Source: an uncultured Acidimicrobiaceae bacterium
GTDB taxonomy: Bacteria; Actinomycetota; Acidimicrobiia; Acidimicrobiales; RAAP-2
Direction: 5' to 3'
Assembly: GCA_963824195.1 (NCBI GenBank)
Contig: CAWGOJ010000004.1
Span: 6,609 to 70,608, forward strand
Length of the DNA: 64,000 nucleotides
Positions within the stretch are counted from its first letter, which is position 1; the number at the start of each line of letters is the position of its first letter. The position numbers and the translations under genes were made by a program. The notes beneath the pieces are model-generated. The model was not told the DNA's origin. It made no database searches and saw only the letters and a program-made list of their open reading frames with translations. Of the stretch, positions 56,679 through 64,000 are shown piece by piece.

Positions 56679-59546
56679 TCAGGAGGCGTACGCCTCGATG
56701 GGCGGGCAGGTGCAGACCAGGTGTCGGTCCCCGTACGCCTGGTTGATCCTCGCCACAGGGGGCCAGTACTTCCAGGCCGTCGCGCCCATGGGGAACACCG
56801 CTACGTCACGGTCGTAGGACCGCTCCCAACTCGATACCAGCGACGTCGCGGTATGAGGCGCGCCGCGCAGGGGGCTGTCCTCGGCGGTCCAGCGTCCGCG
56901 GGCCACGTCCTCGATCTCGGCCCGGATCGCGATCATCGCCTCGCAGAACCGGTCGAGCTCGGCGAGGTTCTCGCTCTCGGTCGGCTCCACCATGAGGGTG
57001 CCGGCGACCGGGAAGCTCACGGTGGGCGCGTGGAAGCCGTAGTCGATCAGGCGCTTGGCCACGTCATCGATGGTGACGCCGGTGGCCTTGGCCAACGCCC
57101 GCAGGTCCACGATGCACTCGTGCGCCACCAGGCCGTTCTTGCCCGTGTAGAGGATCGGGTACGAGGGCGCGAGCCGGGCGGCCACGTAGTTGGCGGCCAG
57201 GACGGCCGACTTGGTGGCATGGGCCAGGCCCGCACCGGACAACAGGCGCATGTAGGCCCAACTGATGGAGAGGATCCCCGCACTGCCGAACGGCGCCGCG
57301 CTGACCGGGCCGATGCCTTCGCGCTGCTCGGGACGCGGGTGCATCGGATGCGACGGCAGGAACGGCACCAGGTGCTCAGCCACTGCCACCGGTCCCACGC
57401 CGGGCCCTCCCCCGCCGTGAGGGATGCAAAAGGTCTTGTGCAGGTTCAGGTGCGACACGTCACCACCGAATTGGCCGGGCTTCGCGAGGCCCAAGAGGGC
57501 GTTGAGGTTGGCCCCGTCGATGTAGACCTGCCCGCCGTGCTGGTGGACCAGGTCACACATGTCGCCGATGTGCTCCTCGTAGACGCCGTGCGTCGACGGG
57601 TAGGTGACCATGATCGCCGCCAGACGCTCGCCGTGCTCCCCGCACTTGGCCCGGAGGTCCTCGAGGTCGACCGTGCCGTCGTCGAGGGCCGCGACCACGA
57701 CGACTCGCATGCCGGCCATGACCGCGGACGCCGCGTTGGTGCCGTGTGCACTCGACGGGATGAGGCACACGTCGCGCCCGGGCTCGCCGCGGGACTGGTG
57801 GTACGCCCGGATGGCCAGGAGGCCGGCCAGCTCGCCCTGGCTTCCGGCGTTGGGTTGGACCGAGACCTTGGCGTACCCCGTCACCTGGGCAAGCCACCTC
57901 TCGAGCTCGTCGATCAGCGCGAGGTAGCCCGGGGTGCTCTCCAGCGGCGCGAACGGGTGGATGTCCGCGAACCCCGCCAGGCCGACTGGCTCCATCTCCG
58001 TGGTCGCGTTGAGCTTCATGGTGCACGACCCCAGCGGGATCATGCCGCGGTCGAGCGCGAAGTCCTGGTCCGACAGCCGGCGCAGGTAGCGCAGCATGGC
58101 CGTCTCGGAGTGGTGCTCGGAGAACACGGGGTGGCTCAGGATGGGCCCCTGACGCAGGAGCGCCTCTGGGAGGGCCGAGGCGACACCCGCTCCCCCACTG
58201 CGGGGCGCTCCGAAGGAATGGAGGACCGCCGCCACGTGTACCGCGGTGGTGGTCTCGCTGCACGAGATGCCGACGCGATCGCCGTCGACCAGACGGAGCA
58301 ACACGCTGCGGGCGCGTGCGTCCGCCACGATCTCGGCGGCCCGGCCGGGTGCCCGGACGACGACGGTGTCGAAGAACTCCTCGTGGTCGAGAACGAAGCC
58401 CGCACCACGCAGGGCGGAGGCGAGATCGACCGTCCGCTCGTGGACCCGGCGTGCGATGCCGCGCAGTCCCTCGGCCCCGTGGTACACGGCGTACATGGAG
58501 GCCACGACGGCCAGCAGCACCTGTGCCGTACAGATGTTCGAGGTCGCCTTCTCACGCCGGATGTGTTGCTCGCGCGTCTGGAGAGCCAGTCTGTAGGCAG
58601 GCCGGTCCTCCGCATCGACCGACAACCCGACCAGGCGGCCGGGCAGGTCTCTCTCGAGGCCGGCCTTCACCGCCATGAAGGCCGCGTGTGGACCTCCGTA
58701 CCACAGCGGCACGCCGAAACGCTGCGAAGACCCCACGACCACGTCGGCCCCCCATTGGCCCGGAGGCTTCAACAGCGTCAGCGCCAGGAGGTCGGCGGCC
58801 ACGGTGACCATGGCGCCCCTCCGGTGGGCGTCCTCGGTGAGGGCGGCGAAGTCGCGGACGGCACCCGAGCACCCGGGGTACTGCTGGACGACGCCGAAGC
58901 AGTCACCCTCCGGCAGCCCCGCGGTGAGGTCGACCACGTCGACCTCTATCCCGAGCGGCGCGAGGCGTGTCTCCAGGATTGCGATCGTCTGCGGGAGGCA
59001 GTCGGCGTCCACGATGACTCGGTGTGTGTCGACCGTGGCGCGCCGGCGCATGAGGGTGACGGCCTCCGCCACCGCCGTCCCCTCATCGAGCAGGGAGGCA
59101 TTGGCCGTGTCGAGGCCCGTCAGATCGCAGACCATGGTCTGGAAGTTCAGGAGCGCCTCGAGGCGGCCCTGGCTGATCTCGGGCTGATAGGGGGTGTACG
59201 CCGTGTACCAGGCCGGGCTCTCGAGCACGTTGCGCTTGATGACGCCGGGGGTGATCGTGCCGTAGTAGCCGAGTCCGATCATCGGCTCGGCGATCACGTT
59301 GTCCGCGGCGAGACGGCGCAACTCTTCGAGCACATCGCGCTCAGAGGCGGCTGGCGGAAGGTCCAGGTTCCCGAGGCTCCGCACGCTGTCCGGAACCGCG
59401 GCATCCATCAACGCGTCGAGGCTCTCGTACCCGAGGTCCTTGAGCATGCCCGACTGCTCGTCGTCCGAGGTCCCGACGTGGCGGCGCACGAAGTCCTCGA
59501 AGGGCTCGAGCTCGCCGGATCCTGCGGCTGGACGCTGTTCGCTCAC
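56679..59546 (-). CDS. gcvP: glycine dehydrogenase (aminomethyl-transferring), single-chain P protein
   Basis: 955 aa with typical GcvP blocks ([40 protein letters not shown]). GTG 59546 is preceded by GAGGAGG. Confidence 0.95.
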   Translation of the reverse strand: MSEQRPAAGSGELEPFEDFVRRHVGTSDDEQSGMLKDLGYESLDALMDAAVPDSVRSLGNLDLPPAASERDVLEELRRLAADNVIAEPMIGLGYYGTITPGVIKRNVLESPAWYTAYTPYQPEISQGRLEALLNFQTMVCDLTGLDTANASLLDEGTAVAEAVTLMRRRATVDTHRVIVDADCLPQTIAILETRLAPLGIEVDVVDLTAGLPEGDCFGVVQQYPGCSGAVRDFAALTEDAHRRGAMVTVAADLLALTLLKPPGQWGADVVVGSSQRFGVPLWYGGPHAAFMAVKAGLERDLPGRLVGLSVDAEDRPAYRLALQTREQHIRREKATSNICTAQVLLAVVASMYAVYHGAEGLRGIARRVHERTVDLASALRGAGFVLDHEEFFDTVVVRAPGRAAEIVADARARSVLLRLVDGDRVGISCSETTTAVHVAAVLHSFGAPRSGGAGVASALPEALLRQGPILSHPVFSEHHSETAMLRYLRRLSDQDFALDRGMIPLGSCTMKLNATTEMEPVGLAGFADIHPFAPLESTPGYLALIDELERWLAQVTGYAKVSVQPNAGSQGELAGLLAIRAYHQSRGEPGRDVCLIPSSAHGTNAASAVMAGMRVVVVAALDDGTVDLEDLRAKCGEHGERLAAIMVTYPSTHGVYEEHIGDMCDLVHQHGGQVYIDGANLNALLGLAKPGQFGGDVSHLNLHKTFCIPHGGGGPGVGPVAVAEHLVPFLPSHPMHPRPEQREGIGPVSAAPFGSAGILSISWAYMRLLSGAGLAHATKSAVLAANYVAARLAPSYPILYTGKNGLVAHECIVDLRALAKATGVTIDDVAKRLIDYGFHAPTVSFPVAGTLMVEPTESENLAELDRFCEAMIAIRAEIEDVARGRWTAEDSPLRGAPHTATSLVSSWERSYDRDVAVFPMGATAWKYWPPVARINQAYGDRHLVCTCPPIEAYAS

Positions 59547-59596
59547 GGAGGCCTCCTCGCATGTCCGCGGGTCACGCGGAACTCGTTGGACGTCCT

Positions 59597-59785
59597 CCCC
59601 GCTCTGTCATCGGACCTGAGAGTCTCGCCGCACGGGTGCGACTTCCACCTTCGGTGCGGACGCACGGAGCGCCGCTTTCCAGAGTTGCCTCGCCGAAGCG
59701 GTATGTCGGCCTGAGAGTTTCTCGGGGAGAGTTGCTCCTCCGGCGTCCCCTCGCCTGCGTACTACGGGGACTCTGGCGCTCCGGT
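59597..59785 (-). promoter_or_regulatory. tandem glycine riboswitch (two aptamers)
   Basis: Read on the minus strand. Aptamer 1 is ...CCAGAGUCCCC..GGGGACGCCGGAGGAGCAACUCUCC..CUCUCAGGCCGAC. Aptamer 2 is CUCUGGAAAGCGG..CACCGAAGGUGGAAG..CUCUCAGGUCCGAUGACAGAG. Both carry the conserved GGAGAG-like, CCGAAGG.GCAA-like and CUCAGG cores. It is directly upstream of gcvP. Confidence 0.8.
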
Positions 59786-59813
59786 TCAAACGGCGTATTC
59801 AGTTGTCGGACCC

Positions 59814-59819
59814 ACTATA
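59814..59819 (-). promoter_or_regulatory. candidate -10 hexamer TATAGT for the riboswitch/gcvP transcript
   Basis: TATAGT on the minus strand lies about 30 nt upstream of aptamer 1. The -35 is weak (TGCCGA). This is prediction only. Confidence 0.35.
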
Positions 59820-59854
59820 CGGCACCGGTTCCCGCGGTCGGCAGCCGGCCGGCG

Positions 59855-60949
59855 CTAGTCGTTCTCCTCGCGTACCGGCCACAAGGGTGGGCGGACCAGG
59901 AGAGCCGCCAGCTCACGACCGCGTTGGACCACCGTCACCGCGTCGCCGTCGAGCAGACGGGCGTCGGCGTCCACGAATCCCAACCCGATGCCCCGCTCGC
60001 GCATTGGCGAGAAGTTGCCGCTGGTCAGGACGCCGACGCGGTCGTGGCCGCGGGCCACCTCCGAGCCGTCCCGCAACGGCTGTCGGCCGTCGGCCACAAA
60101 GCCCCGCAGACGGCGGGCCGGGCCGTTCGCCCGTTCCTCTTCCAGAGCGGCCCGCCCGGTGAACTCTCCCTTGTCCCAGCCGACCACCCAGCCCAGCCCG
60201 GCCTGGAGAGGGGTGATGCCCGGACCCAGCTCGTGGCCGTGCAGGGGGAGCCCCGCCTCGAGGCGCAGTGTGTCGCGCGCCCCCAGCCCGGCTGGGGCGA
60301 CGCCCTGCGCGAGGACCGCTTCCCAGAAGCCCGCCGCCGCCTCGGCCGGCACGGCGCACTCGACGCCGTCCTCGCCCGTGTAGCCGGTGCCGGCGACCAG
60401 GCATGTGACCCCGCCCCACTCGAACCGCTCGACATTGAACCGGTGCACCGCTGCGGCCTCCGGCGACACCTGGGCCAGGCGGGCACGCGCCTCGGGGCCC
60501 TGCACCGCGATCACCGCCCTCTCCTCGGTGACGTCCGTGCCCCCGATGGCCGCGAGCACGTCGCTCGTGTTGGAGGCATTGGGCATGACGTCGAACCGTT
60601 CGTCGTCGACCCACCACACGATGATGTCGTCGACGACCGAGCCGTCTTCGTCGAGGAGATGCGTGTACTGGGCCCGCCCCGGATGGATCCGCCGCAAGTC
60701 GTTGCTCAAGGAGCGCTGCAGATGCTCGAAGGCGTCCGAGCCGTGCACGCAGACCGTGCCCAGGTGGCTGACGTCGAAGGCCACGGCCGACTGGCGGCAC
60801 GCCCGGTGCTCGGCCACCGTGCCCGACGGGTACCCCAGGGGCATGATCCAGCCACCGAAGGGCACCATCTTGGCTCCGAGCGCGACGTGCGCCGCGTACA
60901 GGGGTGAGACCCGGGACGGCGTGCCGCTCCCGCTGTCGCCGGCCTTCAC
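59855..60949 (-). CDS. gcvT: glycine cleavage system aminomethyltransferase (T protein)
   Basis: 364 aa with SPLYAAHVALGAKMVPFGGWIMPLGY, AFDVSHLG, TGYTGEDGVE, and GLGARDTLRLEAGLPLHGHEL. Confidence 0.92.
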   Translation of the reverse strand: MKAGDSGSGTPSRVSPLYAAHVALGAKMVPFGGWIMPLGYPSGTVAEHRACRQSAVAFDVSHLGTVCVHGSDAFEHLQRSLSNDLRRIHPGRAQYTHLLDEDGSVVDDIIVWWVDDERFDVMPNASNTSDVLAAIGGTDVTEERAVIAVQGPEARARLAQVSPEAAAVHRFNVERFEWGGVTCLVAGTGYTGEDGVECAVPAEAAAGFWEAVLAQGVAPAGLGARDTLRLEAGLPLHGHELGPGITPLQAGLGWVVGWDKGEFTGRAALEEERANGPARRLRGFVADGRQPLRDGSEVARGHDRVGVLTSGNFSPMRERGIGLGFVDADARLLDGDAVTVVQRGRELAALLVRPPLWPVREEND

Positions 60950-60958
60950 ACCGCCAGA

Positions 60959-61357
60959 CTAGGCGGCACCGGCGGTGGCGGTCAGCAAGCCGTGCGACGC
61001 CAGCAGCGAGGTGTAGTCGCGCTGGTACACGACGTGGATCGGCACCTCCGGGTAGAGCTCGCGCATGCGCCGAACCTTTCGGTTCTTGCGGGTGACCAGG
61101 CGCTGGTCCGCCGTCGTGAGCTCAATGAAGACCCCGCGGCCCGGCAAATAGAAGTCCGGGCGGAATCCGGACACGGGTGATCCCTCCGCGTCCCACTCGA
61201 GGGGGAACTCCACCGGCTCGTACTGCCAGCGCTCGCCCGAAAGGTCGAGCAGTGCGGCGAACACGCGCTCGGAGGGATGGGCGAACCGGATCTGCCCCGC
61301 GGGCACACAGGCCGGATGGCTCGTGCGCCCGTTGCGTGCGGGGTCCGTCGCGCTCAC
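60959..61357 (-). CDS. hypothetical protein with a possible PD-(D/E)XK-like core
   Basis: 132 aa with coherent composition. The stretch RPDFYLPGRGVFIELT...RKNRK resembles a nuclease-fold D...E.K arrangement, but the match is weak. It lies 9 nt upstream of gcvT, and its start overlaps the MerR gene's stop. Confidence 0.55.
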   Translation of the reverse strand: MSATDPARNGRTSHPACVPAGQIRFAHPSERVFAALLDLSGERWQYEPVEFPLEWDAEGSPVSGFRPDFYLPGRGVFIELTTADQRLVTRKNRKVRRMRELYPEVPIHVVYQRDYTSLLASHGLLTATAGAA

Positions 61358-61857
61358 TCCCCCGCGGCCCGCGCCCTGGGCACCCGAGCCGGACGCCGCT
61401 TGGCGGCGGCGGCCGGAACCTCGGTGTCGAGGCGCACGATGTCAGCGTCGAGCTCCTCGACGACCCCCGCCAGCGGCACGATGTTGAACACACCCTGGCC
61501 ACCGGCCAACAGGTCGACGACCTCTCCGTTGGACCAGGCCAGGACCGAGCTCGTCCCGGTGAGCACCAGGTTGGCGGACGCCAGGTCCGAGCCCAGGTCC
61601 TCGCGCAGGCACTCGACGGCCCGGCGGGCCGACTGGAGAGAGACACCCGCATCGAGCAGTTGCTTGATCACCTTGAGCTCGAGCACGTCTGAGTACGAGT
61701 AGATGCGTCGGGAGCCACTCCCCTTGGCCGAGGCCACGGAGGGTTGGAGCAGGCCCGTACGGGCCCAGTAGTCGAGCTGGCGGTACGTGATCCCCACCAG
61801 GCCGCACACCTGCGGCCCGTGAAACCCTCCGACATGGGTGGCGGAACCCTCGGCCAT
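61354..61857 (-). CDS. MerR family transcriptional regulator
   Basis: Has an N-terminal MerR HTH (VCGLVGITYRQLDYWARTGLLQPS...RRIYSYSDVLELKVIKQLLDAGVSLQ). A related MerR gene neighbours the glycine cleavage genes in mycobacteria. Confidence 0.85.
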   Translation of the reverse strand: MAEGSATHVGGFHGPQVCGLVGITYRQLDYWARTGLLQPSVASAKGSGSRRIYSYSDVLELKVIKQLLDAGVSLQSARRAVECLREDLGSDLASANLVLTGTSSVLAWSNGEVVDLLAGGQGVFNIVPLAGVVEELDADIVRLDTEVPAAAAKRRPARVPRARAAGE

Positions 61858-61930
61858 CGCACCTCCTGTGCCTTCTCCCGGGCCGTCACTCTAGTGCACC
61901 CCGGACGACACAGCCGTAGTTACGAAGGCG

Positions 61931-63002
61931 TTATTCGGAAGATATCGCGGGCTCGGCCGGCTCCACCGGCCAGGCCACGACGGTGCCGACCACGGAGAGC
62001 CCGACCCGGTGCCCCGGCTCGAGCGGCGTGCCGCCGGTGACCCGCACGACCAGGTCCGGAAGGCCCTCGGACCCGGGCCGGACCCTGACGACGGCATCGT
62101 GCCCGAAGTACTCGTAGCTCGCCACCGTCCCCTCCATCGCCCCGGTGGCCACCTCTCCCAACACGATCTGCTCGGGGCGCACCATGACCCGCGCTCCCGC
62201 CGCCCGCCGGGCCCGTCCACGCCTCGACGGCGAGGCGGCCGAGTGCGGTGGCGGCGACGGCATCGTGGACCTCGCACTCCAACACGTTGGACTCGCCGAG
62301 GAACCGCGCCAGCTCGGCGTCCCCCGGGCGCCCGTACAGCGCTGACGGCGTATCGAGCTGAGCGATCAACCCCCGACGGAGCACACCCACCTGATCGGCC
62401 ATGGAGAGCGCCTCGTCCTGGTCGTGGGTCACCAGGATGGACGTCGTGCCGGCACGCCGCAGCACCCCGAGCACGTCGGCACGGACCGAGGCGCGTAGCG
62501 CCGCATCGAGCGACGCAAACGGCTCGTCGAGCAGCACGATCTCGGGCTCGATCGCCAGGGCACGAGCCAGCGCGACCCGCTGCTGCTGGCCGCCCGACAG
62601 CTGGTGCGGGTAGCGCTGTCGGTAGCCCGAGAGACCCACGAACTCGAGCAGCTCGTCAACCCGCTCGCGCCGCTTCGGACCGCGGGCAAGGCCGAACGCC
62701 ACGTTGCGCCCCACGCTCAGGTGCGGGAACAGGGCCCCCTCCTGAGGCACGTAGCCGATGCGGCGGTGCTCGGAGGGCACGAACCGGTGGCCCCCGTCGT
62801 CGACGACCTCCTCTCCCAGACTGACCGCACCCGCGTCGGGGCGCTCGAACCCGGCCACGATGCGCAGCAGCGTCGTCTTCCCGCTGCCCGACGCACCGAG
62901 GATGGCCGTGAACGACCCGTGGGGGACCACCAGGTCCACGCCGCACAGGACGCGCTGCGGGCCGAACGACTTGGTCACGCCGTTGATCCGCAGGTCCTTC
63001 AT
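61931..63002 (-). pseudogene. ABC importer ATP-binding protein (FbpC/PotA-like with TOBE domain), apparent frameshift near 62190-62225
   Basis: ATG 63002 opens MKDLRINGVTKSF. Walker A is GASGSGKTT, the signature is LSGGQQQRV, and Walker B is VLLDEPFASLD. After ...LGRLAVEAW the frame degenerates. The TOBE-like C-terminus (ARVMVRPEQIVLGEV...GTVASYEYFGHDAVVRVR...GHRVGLSVVGTVVAWP) is in the adjacent frame and ends at 61931. Confidence 0.8.
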
Positions 63003-64000
63003 GCCGCCACCAGTGCGCCCGGGCCGGGGACAACGACTTGGCCGGCTACCGCCGCCAGCTCGGGTTGGCGGTCGAACCACCGGCCGAGCACGTAGCCGGG
63101 CACGGCGGCGATGAGCACCATCACCCCGGCGTAGGGCGCCGCCTGGCTGTAGGAGACGTTCGACTCGTAGGCCCAGAACTGCGTGGCCAGCGTCTGCACG
63201 TTGGTCGGATGCAGCACCAGGGTCGCCGTGAGCTCGGTCGCCGTCTCCAAGAACACCAGCGCGAAGGCGGCTGCCAAGCCCGGGCCGATCAGCGGCAGCG
63301 TCACGCGCCACAGGACGGAGCGCCGTCGTACGCCGAGCGAGCTCCCCACCTCTTCGAGCCCGACCGGCGACCGGGCCACGGCGGCACGCACCGCGACGAC
63401 GGCGAGGGGGAAGAACATGATGGCGTAGGTCAGGACGAGCAGCGGGCTGGTCTGGTAGAAGCGGCCCTGCAGGAATTGCTCGGTCACGTACGTGAAGCTC
63501 AGCGCCACGACAAGGCCCGGCACGGCCAGGACCAGCATGTTGCTCCGCTCGAGGGCCATGACGCGGCGCCGGGAGAAACGGACCGACAGGAGGGCGATCG
63601 GGAGCGCGGCCACGGTGGCGACCAGGCCGGCGGCAGCCGCGTAGGCGAAGGTGTTGCCGGTCGCGATCAGGAGCGACGCCGGCGGCAGCGTGCTGTTCCC
63701 GCCCTGGACCATCAGGTAGATGATGGCGCCCACCGGCACGCCGAGGGCGAGTGCGACGAGGAGCACGGCCCCGGCCAGCACGGCGGGGCGTGCCCGGCCC
63801 AGCAGCACCGGGCGGATCCGGCGCGCTGCGCCCGCGCCCACACGGGAGGCCCGGCCGTGGCCCCGGACCGAGGCCTCGCTCCCCAGGAGCAGGGCCCCGA
63901 GGAGGACCAGGATCACGGAGAGCGCGCAGGCGGCGGGCTCGTTGAAACCGACCTGGAACTGGCTGTAGATCTCGGTGGTCAGCGTCCGGTAGCCCAGGAT
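62999..64000 (-). CDS. ABC importer permease (iron(III)/FbpB-like two-domain type), 5' end outside the window
   Basis: The frame is open to base 64000 (ILGYRTLTTEIYSQF... precedes the listed ORF start). It has multiple TM helices and an EAA-like loop (GSSLGVRRRSVLWRVTLPLIGPGL). Its stop overlaps the ATPase start. Confidence 0.85.
   Translation of the reverse strand: MLGYRTLTTEIYSQFQVGFNEPAACALSVILVLLGALLLGSEASVRGHGRASRVGAGAARRIRPVLLGRARPAVLAGAVLLVALALGVPVGAIIYLMVQGGNSTLPPASLLIATGNTFAYAAAAGLVATVAALPIALLSVRFSRRRVMALERSNMLVLAVPGLVVALSFTYVTEQFLQGRFYQTSPLLVLTYAIMFFPLAVVAVRAAVARSPVGLEEVGSSLGVRRRSVLWRVTLPLIGPGLAAAFALVFLETATELTATLVLHPTNVQTLATQFWAYESNVSYSQAAPYAGVMVLIAAVPGYVLGRWFDRQPELAAVAGQVVVPGPGALVAA

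Noticed and set aside
56721-59714. 997-aa plus-strand ORF antisense to gcvP. Similar long shadow ORFs occur at 725-1843(-), 1901-3247(-), 18814-20904(+), 52334-54502(-), 13921-15828(-) and 47656-49446(+).
   Set aside because: These are typical high-GC antisense or off-frame ORFs. They have extreme Arg/Gly/Pro/His content and no motifs, and each overlaps a confidently identified gene on the other strand or in another frame.
61920-63311. 463-aa ORF giving the ABC ATPase both an N-terminal and a C-terminal extension.
   Set aside because: The N-terminal ~100 aa overlap the permease gene and are Arg/Gly-rich. The C-terminal ~90 aa are off-frame relative to the TOBE domain. The real gene is 61931-63002 with a frame switch.

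Overview
High-GC (roughly 70%) chromosomal segment, clearly from Actinomycetota: it carries a complete Pup-proteasome locus, the F420 gene fbiC, a HelD-type helicase and DUF4193. A finer placement such as Acidimicrobiia is only a guess. All calls come from reading motifs in the ORF translations and the DNA; no database search was run.

Gene content, in order:
- gltB (3' end) and gltD, an alpha/beta hydrolase, pgi, and a MarR regulator.
- A cell-wall hydrolase neighbourhood: an SLT+NlpC/P60 enzyme, a secreted protein with about 41-aa propeller-like repeats, a frameshifted fadD-like ligase, thpR, and an amidase carrying the same repeats.
- A long minus-strand operon, tkt-tal-gnd-pgl-fbiC-LOG-amidase.
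- trmI, a ferredoxin, and the compact Pup-proteasome locus arc-dop-pup-prcB-prcA-pafA, followed by tatA/B, tatC and helY.
- A double-length ThyX-like gene, DUF4193, a GNAT acetyltransferase, HtrA, ppa, a Fae homologue, a 2OG oxygenase, and a membrane protein broken by an amber codon.
- GH43, then a MacB-type ABC exporter operon with two adaptor proteins and a DUF5666-like secreted protein.
- About 1.5 kb with no convincing gene, including a visibly AT-richer stretch, then helD and an SDR.
- A fluoride riboswitch with two crcB genes, gcvP behind a tandem glycine riboswitch, gcvT, a MerR regulator, and an iron-type ABC importer that runs off the window.

No rRNA, tRNA, CRISPR array or transposase was recognised.

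Most interesting observations:
1. A Gly/Phe-rich C-terminal tail recurs on four extracytoplasmic proteins.
2. The exporter adaptors carry hugely expanded Gly/Ser/Thr low-complexity inserts, encoded partly by perfect in-frame tandem repeats.
3. An uncharacterised repeat module is fused to two different wall-associated proteins.
4. A diverged direct duplication brackets one of those genes and supplies it with a leader ORF.
5. The non-coding region upstream of helD contains a palindrome, a terminator-like hairpin and a direct repeat.
6. Several single-site frame disruptions could be assembly indels or real pseudogenes.
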